Origin: the human T2T-CHM13v2.0 reference genome, Homo sapiens
DNA: 64,000 nucleotides
Reading direction: 5' to 3' (one strand)
Assembly (NCBI RefSeq): GCF_009914755.1
Contig: NC_060935.1
The notes below the pieces were generated by a model. It was not told where the DNA came from and searched no databases. It worked only from the letters and a program-made list of their open reading frames with translations. Made by a program: the position numbers and the translations under genes. Positions 54,662 through 64,000 of the stretch are shown here, one piece after another (the stretch's first letter is position 1; each line of letters begins with the position of its first letter).

Positions 54662-56234
54662 AAGAAAGGCTCACTCTCAGATGGCCTTTTGGCAGAGACT
54701 ACTGGAGGTGGTGGGGGCAGTGCAGAAATGAGCCGATACACATAAAGCCCAGACTATCTTTCCCGCACAAAGTGAATGTCCCATAACTGCCTGCTGCCCT
54801 GTTCCTCAGATATACAGAATCTGATTCAGGACAAAGTGTCTGTTCAGGAACATAGAGCTTGGTAGGATAGACTTTTTACTGTCTTTCTTGTATCTAAGTC
54901 TGTAAGTCCACAGGCCTCTGACATTAACACAGGGCATAATAATTTTCTACCTTGGAGATGCTTTAACTATCAAGGCATGGCTCTTGAAAGACTGGACAAG
55001 CAAATACAAAGAATGAGATGTAAAAGAAACAAGGGGATACACACAGGGAAGATTAAAAAGAAAGCATGTTTGTGTGTGTGGCGGGGGAGGAGAGTGAGAG
55101 AGACAGAGAGGAGGAAGAAAGCAAAGATAACAATGGAAATGAGATGGGAACAGGTGTAGAAATGAAGAGACGCTTTTTAAAAAATTTAATAAATATAAAA
55201 TAATAAACACAAATATAAACTATATAACTCAAAATAAAGGATGTATTTTGAGTTAATGGGTTGCAGTGGATTCTCAGTGGGTTTTTGAGCCCCGAGTTGC
55301 TTGCAGTGCATTAGCTGGACTGTGTAAGGAATTGGCTCCCAGAAAGGCAGGATCATTTGTTCTCAGTTCTGTGTGTTCCCTACCCTCCTACTGCTCTGAT
55401 GTCAACTTTTGACATTTTCCATCGTGCAATTTATACACTATCACCTGCCAGCCTTCCCATAGTACTCGTGTTTGTTTGATCTCATACAAACTCCCCTCTC
55501 CGATCTGTTGATGAAATAATAAATCTGGGACCTTTGAAGATGGTGCACTGCAGGAGAGCACAAATGAAAATCTTTCCTCGATACTTAAGCGTTATGAATG
55601 CCGAGCCCCCAGTGCTGATTTGGTCTACATTGTACACTTCCTTTTAGACACATTTAGACAAATCCATCAAGCAGGAGTCCCTAAAAGCCTGTAATTTTCC
55701 AGCCAATATGGGCAACACACCACATTGGTAATGGAAGATTCTTGTAAAGCAGCATGATCCTGAGCAAAGCTATCTATTTATTTGATTTAAATTGTTTTAA
55801 GTACTTTTGAGTTCCTGGTGCGATGGCAGGAAGCTCACATGATTTAACTGGAAGTCATAGAACTGACCCTCGAAAAACTTACTGTCCCAAAGAACATTGC
55901 TTATTGAGGACACTCTTATTTCCAAAACACGTTTTTGATCTCTCACAGCACTAGCTGAAAATCTGAGCAACTCAATGGGTTGTTGAGTACATTTTAGGCT
56001 CTTTAACCTGGAATTCACAGTTTTCCCCAGCCTGAGTTCAGGAATCTTCCAGCCTATCTCACTTTTCTCTTTCATGGAAACCTTCTGTTCTGACCCCATT
56101 GGCTAACTCATAGCTCCTGAAGGCTACCGGTCCTTACAAACACAATCCCTGCTGTCCATACCAATCCATTCTTGAGAAGTTACTGCAAACCCCACTTTTT
56201 CCAAGCATCCTCTTGCTTGTTTTTTCTTCTAAAT

Positions 56235-56780
56235 ACACTAGTTTTTAAAGTAGTTTTAGATCACAACAGAATTGAGAGGAAGGTACAGAGAGTCTCCATA
56301 TACCTATGTCCCAACACGAGCATAGCCTCCCCATTATCAACACCCCCCACCAGAGTGGCACATTTGTTACAATTGATGAACCTACATCAGCACATCATTG
56401 TCACCCAAAGTCCATAATTGGCACTGGGGTTCACTCTTGATTCTATACATTCTGTGGGTCTGAACACATGTACGATGCCATGCATCCACCATTACAGTCT
56501 CATATAGAGTAGTTCCACTAAAAATCCTCTTTGCTCTGTCTATGCATCTTTCCCTTCCCTTACCCCCTGGCAACCAGTGATCCTATTATTGTCTCCAGAG
56601 TTTTGCCTTTTCCTGAATGTCATACAGTTAGCATCATACAGCTCATACAGATTCCTTTTTAGATTGGCTTCTTTCACTTGGTAATATACATTTAAGTTTC
56701 CTCCAGGTTTTTTTCATGTCTCAATAGCTCGTTTCTTTTCAGCTCTGAATAATATTCCATTATCTAGGTATATACCACAC
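56235..56780 (-). mobile_element. L1MC-type 3' end
   Basis: gaggaaggtacagaga...cattatcaacaccccccaccagagtggcacatttgttacaattgatgaacctaca. Confidence 0.85.
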
Positions 56781-56824
56781 CTCACTGCTCCTTTTAAATC
56801 TCTGGTGGTTCTTACTGTCTAAAC

Positions 56825-57021
56825 CTACTCTGTCAGATGCAGGAGCCACTAGCTACATATGGCTGTTTATGTTTAAAATAATTTAAATTAATCACAATTA
56901 AAAATTCAGTTCCTCAGTCTCACTAGTCATTGAAACTGTCAATAGCCACAAGTGGTGAGTGATTACCGCATTTAGACAGCCCAGATGTGGAGCATAGAAG
57001 GTTCTATTGGATAGTGCTGCT
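56825..57021. mobile_element. MER3-like hAT-Charlie DNA transposon
   Basis: agccactagctacatatggct...aaaattcagttcctcagtc...gttctattggatagtgctg. Confidence 0.75.
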
Positions 57022-57128
57022 ATGGACTATTGACTTGGTCATTAGATATGATAATGTATTGAGGTTCTACTGTAGTTAAATACTTTGCCATATTAACATG
57101 CATTAACTCATTTACTCTTACTAACAAC

Positions 57129-57735
57129 TGTGAAAGGAAAATAAATCTCAGGACCCCGAAATCACTAAGCCAAAGGGAAAAGTCAAGCTGGGAACTGCTT
57201 AGGGCAAACCTGCCTTCCATTACATTTTTGGAAAGGGTAACTACTAAGATAAGGAAGCTACATACCTCCCTCACAATTTGTCCATAAGGAAATTCCTTGT
57301 GGACAAAGGACAGACAGGACTCAAAGTCATCCCTCTGCTCACATGAGACAAATGCCTATCTGATTGCTTCCTTTGCCCTATCGTTTCACTAAGCCAGATT
57401 AAGGCATAAGTGACTATTCCTGTAAATTGTGTATTCAGTGAAAGGCTAATCAGAAACTGAAAAGAATGCAACGATTTGTGTTTTATCTAGCTATGACCTG
57501 GAAGCCCCCTCCCAACTTCGAGCTGTCCCACCTTTCTGGACCGAACCAATGTACATCTGACATATATTGATTGATGTCTCATGTCTCCCTAAAATGTAGA
57601 AAACAGAGCTGTGCCTCAACCACCTTGGGCACATGTTGTCAGGGCCTCCTGAGTCTGTGTCATGGGCGCGTCCTTAACCATGGCAAAATAAACTTTCTAA
57701 ATTGATTGAGACCTGTCTCAGATACTCGGTTTACA
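57129..57735 (+). mobile_element. ERV1 solo LTR (MER4A/MER4A1-like)
   Basis: tgtgaaaggaaaataaatctc...gggaaaagtcaagctgggaactgcttagggcaaacc...aataaactttctaaattgattgagacctgtctcagata...ttaca; 4-bp TSD CAAC at 57125-57128 and 57736-57739. Confidence 0.92.
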
Positions 57736-58113
57736 CAACCAACTGAGGATGGTGCTCTTATAATTCCCATCCTGACTCCAAGGCTCTGCTCTTACATAAG
57801 TCATTGTCCTACCTCCCATTTGCTGTGATATCTCCTGTCTCTCATTGCCTCAGATTTTACTTCATTTCTAATCATAAAATACCTAAATTGAAAATGGCCT
57901 GCAGATTGTCCCTCCCAACACTCTCATTATATAGATGAGAAAACAGAGATCTCAAAATGGGAATACCTTATCCAAGATTGCAAAAGTCAGATCTTTGGCA
58001 GAAGAGGGATGAGAAGTGAAGTTCCCTAATTGCCAGTCCGTTGAAGCCTTGTTTAGCCCTGTTTTCTAGAAGGTGGGGGTTGTTTCACAGTTTTGTAGCC
58101 CCATAGCAATTAG

Positions 58114-58213
58114 TATAAAGCCTTTGAATTAGATAGTGTTTGAGACAAAAGTATGCATCTGCATATAAAGCCTTTGAATTAGATAGTGTTTGAGACAAAA
58201 GTATGCATCTGCA
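58114..58213. repeat. Perfect 2 x 50-bp tandem duplication
   Basis: 58114-58163 is identical to 58164-58213. Confidence 0.97.
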
Positions 58214-59769
58214 TTTGTCACAGGGCAAGAAGAGCAGGGGGTGTGGTCTAGTTTCCTCAAGCAGGGAGTTGTGGGAGGTAAGATTAAAAGTATCTTTCAC
58301 ACACTTCCCTGGGCTGAAATCTGGCTTCTTCTCAGGACCCAGAGCAGATGTGAGGTGATGTTAAACAATGAGGTGGTAGGCAGTCAATGACAATAACTTA
58401 TTTATTCAACAGCATTCAACAGATATTTATTCATCGAGCACCCCCTGCATGCCAAATGCTGAGATGGGTTCTAGGGTCCAAGTGTCAGTAAGAAAACCTG
58501 GGAAAAGATGTGCACACTCAAAACTAACACTAGGAGACAAAGGACAGTTGGGAGCAGCAGGAGCATGGCTGGGGATGGGAGGAGGAAGAACAAGTTGTCT
58601 TTTGCAAAGACAAACCCTGAGGCTGATGAAGCGGCCTCCTCAGAGAATGCCTGGTAAATGCTAAAAGCGAGATCAATTTCTGACTTTTCCACTGTGCAGG
58701 AGAAGCCTCCTGACCTCAATGGAGGATCCCTGAGCTATAGGACTGACGGGGGCTTCATATTTGCAGCTGGAATTTACACGCGCCTCTGCCCTCTTCCACG
58801 GCCAAGGTTCCCTTCAAATGGACATTTGAGCATGCTCTGATTCTCAGCACTCCCTGGGGAAAAGAAAGAAGAAACCGGGCTGGCAGAATGGAGGTGAGGG
58901 AGGAGGTGGCTGTCTTCAGTATGTACTCCCCTCCTGAGCCTGGCCAAGAGCTCATGCACTCTTTCCCCTGCCCTCTTCCTCTGTGTGCCCACTCTTCTGT
59001 CACTGTTCCTGCTCAGCCCTCCCTTCTGCCTTGTTTCCTAGCCATCATCCTACTCCAGACCCTGATTTCTAACCACAAAATCTCAGAGGATACTGGCTGC
59101 AGCCCAGGGGTGGGTGTTTCCCACCTTTCAGCTCATCTTCTTACCCCCTACCCTTGTCCTGTCTGGTCTATTCTCAGCCCTCTGACCAGAGTGACCCTTT
59201 TAAACATTGGTTGCATCATGTCATTCCACAACTCAGAACTCTCTAATGGCTTCCATCCACCCTGAGAGTAGACTCCAGCCCCTTTCAAAGGATGACAAGG
59301 CTTTGTGGCCTGACCCCCAGCTGTCACGCTCCCTCCTGCTCAGCCAGTTCCAGCCAAACTGGCCTTCCTGCTGTCCCTCAGGCATCGTGAGCACGCCTGG
59401 CCAAGGGCTGCACTCAGCTCTTCCCTCTTGCTGCACACTCCCCGTAGCTCTCGCTCCTTAGTGTCCTTCACTAGAGACCAGCTGGGTTAGACAGAGAGCT
59501 CCCAAGGAGAGAAGATGGGAAAGACGGCCAATGTCACCTTCTCAGAGCACTGTTCCTCAACATGTCTGGTTATCTGCAGCCTCTTTACTTGGTTTGAGTG
59601 TTTTTCTCCAGAGCACATATCAGACACGGCTGAATCCAGGGGCTCTGTCACTTTGGAAATCTTGCCCGCCATGCCCTGTTCCAGTGTCATTCCTCTTTCC
59701 CCAGCAATGCAAGAGGCCACCTGCTTCTCTCGGCTTTCACCCCCACCCAGCATCCTCCATGCCAAGAAC

Positions 59770-60584
59770 ATGCTTCCTAGCCAATGGTTCCTGGAAAAAC
59801 ACAAGAGCTGACTCCCACGGGGCCACGTTGAGATGGGGCCTGTTTACCACTCTGTGTGGTGAGCGGGGAGGACCATTCTGCCTAACTAGGCCTGGGCCTC
59901 ACATCTGTCTCTGAAAGGAAGTGGGAGTAGAATCAGCTCCTCCCAAAACACAGGGCTTGAGATGGACAGGAAATGGGTCCCGAATGAAAATCTAGGCCCA
60001 GTCCACCCATTAGGAGAAGAGGAAATGAGTACTGAACATGTGAAAAGAACCCATATTCACTAGACCCTGCAAACCCTTCCACAAGTGCGTCCAAGCCTCT
60101 TCTCCCTAGGGCCATCCTGTCTGCATCCTGCAATCGTTTTGAACTCATTAAATATCCCTTCTGATCTGCTACTTTCCTGTTTGTAAGTCTGTGGTCCTTA
60201 GAGGTTAAAGTCCAAATATCCTAAACTAGCATTAGAAGCCCAGCACAGTGGCCTGGCCTCTCCCCTCTGTCTCTGTGTGGCTTCTCTGTGTGGTCCTCCA
60301 GATACACTCACTGCCTGCTGTTGCTTCCCATGCTTTTCCTGATGTGCTATGGTGCCTGTGACCTCCTATGTGAGAACTTCCTGCAACGCTCGGACACACT
60401 TTGCTAAAACTCTTTAGTGTTTATCATCTCCACATTCTCTGTATCTTCTCTTGCGTTGTTAGGTGTTCACTCGCGACTTCGCCTTCCATTCCCCCAACCC
60501 TGCTGTAGGCTACTTGAGAGTGGGGGCCATTTTGCATATTCCTTAGTAGCAAAAATGCTTCCTAGCCAATGGTTCCTGGAAAAA
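59770..60584. repeat. Exact 30-bp dispersed direct duplication (59770-59799 and 60555-60584)
   Basis: ATGCTTCCTAGCCAATGGTTCCTGGAAAAA occurs twice, 785 bp apart. Confidence 0.95.
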
Positions 60585-61059
60585 ACCTTAGCATATGTTG
60601 GGAACTCAAGAAACCATTACTGATTGTGTAAATGCCATCGTCCTAAATTTCAGCCTTATTCCAAAGAAGCTGTTTCCTCTTCACCAAGTCTCCCAGATGG
60701 ATGCCTGGACCTAGGGTTGTGTTGCATTGAGAAGTCAATGGGTCGTCTGAGAAAGCTGAAAACTGAAAGACTCTCCACTCTGTATCCCCAGCTTCTCCCT
60801 GGCTCCTTTTGCAAAGTTAGGATTTTCTCACCAGGGTTTAATATAATCCCCCGAATTTTTGCTATTTGCCTTCTGTTTTCTGGAGACAAGTTCCAGGGCT
60901 CTCATCTGGGCTCAAGAGAGTAGAATGTAGATATTCAGAGAAGCAGAATGACCTGCTTTCTGCATCTCTACCCTCTACTCCACTCCTCACCAATTTTGTG
61001 TCTCTCAGAGCTCTGCTCCTGTTCTCACTGTCTCTCAGGTACTGCTGGGTATAGTAAAC

Positions 61060-61272
61060 CTTGTCTTCCAGCAAGGAGGTCGGGCTGGATAACTTACTAG
61101 CCACGTGACCTTGAGCAAATTATTGCTGTGACCTCTCTGAGTCTCAGTTTTCAAATTTGTAAAATAGGGATATAATATGAATTTCACAACGATTATGCAG
61201 ATCAAATGAATAAGGAGTGAAAAAGCTTCTAACTGTGCCAGACACAAGGTAAGCACTCAATAAATATTAACT
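61060..61272 (+). mobile_element. MIR
   Basis: acttactagccacgtgaccttgagcaaatt...tctctgagtctcagttttcaaatttgtaaaatagggata...aagcactcaataaatatt. Confidence 0.8.
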
Positions 61273-61327
61273 GCTTAGAATCTCTCTGTCGGACTCTGCC
61301 TCTCTTTCATTACAGCTGACATGAGGT

Positions 61328-61340
61328 TGCCATCTAGTGG
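61328..61340 (-). promoter_or_regulatory. Candidate CTCF core motif
   Basis: Minus strand CCACTAGATGGCA matches CCRSYAGRKGGCR at every position; binding untested. Confidence 0.45.
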
Positions 61341-62269
61341 GCTCCCTGCTGACAGCTGTGAAGGGCTAAGCAGTGATGGGTGCCCCACAAGGACCAAGAC
61401 CCCAGGGGCTCCTGAGGCAGGGAGCTTGGATGTCTGCCTGAATCTGAGTGTAAGCATTTGGATTTCTCACTTGTGTGGCTCCATAGCTCAGTCCTGAGGC
61501 GAGATCTCTCACACATCTCTGGCGGCTCCTTCCTAACCACGGAGAAGAAACCCTAACCTGACTCTCACTTGGCTCTTGGTCATGCTTCCCACCAACTCCT
61601 GCTTTGTGCTGTAGTGGCAAGCAAGGCACGAAGGCTCTGTTTGGTTTGGAGAGTTCAGTTTTATTAAGCTCCAGGTCTCCCCTATTTTCAGCAGTTTTCC
61701 TGATTACCAGATGGATTGGGTGTGCTGAGGGGGCATGGCCAGTGTTTCTATGGAGCAGAATACCTTTGAGTGAATGGGAATCAAACAAAACCAAGAGTGC
61801 CTCTTTGAGACTAAAATCCTACTATCAAAACAAGCCTTTGGCCAATCAGAACCCTGTTCTTAACCATAAAGAAATTGAGAAACTTGAGGCCACAGAGGAG
61901 GAAGAAATTCACCAGCAGGCAGAAGTCATTAACACCACACAGCATGTCAGCACTGTTATGCAGATGCCCCTCCAAAATTATCACTGTGGGCATGCGGCTG
62001 GGAGAGTCCTGTATTGGGTGCCTGCCCCACAGAGCTCTGGGACCACATCAACATGTCAAAGCATAATATGAAAGGGTCTCAGGAATCTTGAAGGAAAAAC
62101 ATGCTTAACTTTAGCTGGGCTTTCATCAAATTAGGTTGGCAGGAAAATGCTTTTTTTTTCCTGCATAACCGCTATTAACACTCCATAGAGCTATTGTTTC
62201 TCAGAACATATTGTAAACAATACAGAGTTATACACAGCTCTATGCTAGATTGTGTGTAAAACTGTAGGA

Positions 62270-62700
62270 GTTCATTCATCCACTCAAACATATTTCTGAG
62301 CACCTGCTGAGCACTAAACCCTGATGCAGCAATGAGAAGAACACAATTCTTTCCCTCGTGGAGCTTGCATTCTTGGGGGGAGAGACAGGCCATAAGTGAA
62401 TATGTAAAACATTTGATACATCAGATGGTGATGCGTATGGTGGACAGCAGTAATCTCTACCTGATGTGAAGTGGACAGGGGTTCAAAGGGTGAGGGTGAT
62501 GGACTGATATTTTACATAGAGTGGTCAGGGAACTTTCTGAAGGAGATTGGCCATGTGGTCGTTGGATGGAAAAGCATTCCAAGCAGAGGAAACATCCCTG
62601 AGGGCCTAGTTCCAGAGGCTGGAATGTGCTTGCTGCATTTGAAGGATTGCAAGGAAGTCAAGGAGCCTGTCAAGTGAGAGGTGGGGTGTGGGGAGAGGAG
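62270..62700 (-). mobile_element. L2 3' end
   Basis: ttcattcatccactcaaacatatttctgagcacctgct...ccctcgtggagcttgcattctt...agcattccaagcagaggaaaca. Confidence 0.75.
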
Positions 62701-62845
62701 ATTAAGGGATAAAGGAGGCAATGGTCAGAGTGGGAATATTGAAATGATATTGGAAGAGGCTTCAAGAGTGGGGAGAAGGCAGGGAGGTCAGGAGTGAAGG
62801 AAAGAGTTGAATCACGTCTGGAGGATGGGTAGGGTGTGGATATTT

Positions 62846-62907
62846 AAAGAAAAGAAAGGAAGGAAGGAAGGAAAGAAAGAAAAAGAAAGAAAGAAAGAGA
62901 AAGAAAG
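62846..62907. repeat. (GAAA/GGAA)n purine tract
   Basis: Directly visible. Confidence 0.9.
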
Positions 62908-63492
62908 CTTTCTAGACATGAGCAACAGTCATGAAGAAAGATGGAAGGTTGAGAGCAGAGTGTGTCCTCTGAACTTGGCTTCATAGGATGTGGGTTCAAG
63001 CCCCATGTGTGTACCTCAGCGTCCACAATGACAGAATGGGAGAGTGGCACAGACCTCCCTGTGATATGCAGTTAATTGTGTGCCAGCATGGCACGTGCTA
63101 AAGAAAGGTGAGAGTGCATTATTAAGAGAGGGAGATTTTATCAATGACCCTGCAGAAACAGGTGACTCAGGGATCCAGCACTTCCCCAGCACCAGAGGTG
63201 AATGTATGAGCTGCAGTTTTCCTTCCTGATTTAGGGAGAGGCAGGTGGCTGGTCTCTGTGACAGGTGTATGCTTTTCTTGGTCTAAATGGCTTCTCTCAA
63301 TCCCAACCCCTTAATGAGATATTAATTAGGTATTATTGTCCATCATATTTTAGAAAGTGGGGAACTATGAGAGCACTTAGATGTTCGAAGTATTTCGGCA
63401 AATCAGCTCTTGGAAGAAGGGTTGAGATAGAACTGCCTGGTTCTGTTCATATTCTTGTTGAAAACGACTCATTTCCAGAAGTTAGATAAGCT

Positions 63493-64000
63493 TTCTTTTT
63501 TTATTTTTAATTGTGGTGAAATACACGTAACATAAAATTTTTCATATTAACTATTTTTAAGTGTAGAATTCAATAGTGTTAAGTACACTCACATTGTTGT
63601 GTAACCAATCTCCAGAAGTCTTTTCATCTTACAAAGCTGAAAGCCATTAATCACCCATTAATCAACTCCCCATTCCCCCTTCCCCCAGCTCCTAGCAACC
63701 ACTCTTCTTTCTGTCTCTGTGACTTCAGCTGCTTTAGGTACCTCATGTCTCTGACTTCAACTGCTTTAGGCACCTCATATAAGTGGACTCATACAGTAGT
63801 TATCTTATTGTGATTGGCTTTTTTTTCATGTTGCATAATGTCCTCAATGCTGTAATGTGTGTTCACATTCATCCATGCTGCAATGTGTGTCAGAATTTCT
63901 TTCCTTTTTAAGACTGAACAATATTCAATTGTAGATATATTTGTTTAACCATTCAGCTGTCAAAGGATGCAGCTTGGGTGGCTTTTGCCATTTGGCTATT
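63493..64000 (-). mobile_element. L1MB-type 3' end (continues beyond the window)
   Basis: taattgtggtgaaatacacgtaacataaaattt...ctcatataagtggactcatacagta...ttttaagactgaacaatatt. Confidence 0.88.

Noticed and set aside
61604-62071. 155-aa ORF with acidic stretch EIEKLEATEEEE
   Set aside because: Non-ATG start, no recognisable domain, no convincing exon boundaries

Overview
Hominoid (human/great-ape-type) non-coding DNA, either intergenic or deep-intronic. The lineage call rests on AluS elements, an L1PA2-type LINE, a MER4A LTR and older eutherian repeats. I find no recognisable protein-coding gene, CpG island, tRNA/rRNA or CRISPR array. The long ORFs in the track come from L1, Alu or simple repeats. 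Much of the window is repeats (MaLR/ERVL/ERV1 LTRs, L1, L2, MIR, Alu, MER DNA transposons, STRs), separated by unique, motif-dense blocks that look like distal enhancers; conservation could not be tested. Repeat subfamily names were assigned from remembered consensus sequences, not a database search. The most notable observations are: (1) a heavily decayed minus-strand LTR-retroelement protease/pre-RT reading frame at 1-1760, visible only after removing two younger MaLR LTRs; (2) a 5-copy 23-bp minisatellite built from ERR/nuclear-receptor sites; (3) an exact 30-bp non-tandem duplication carrying a CCAAT box and a STAT site; (4) a block with three adjacent inverted repeats; (5) two twin-primed (5'-inverted) L1s of very different age. 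I see no evidence for a new multi-gene system.
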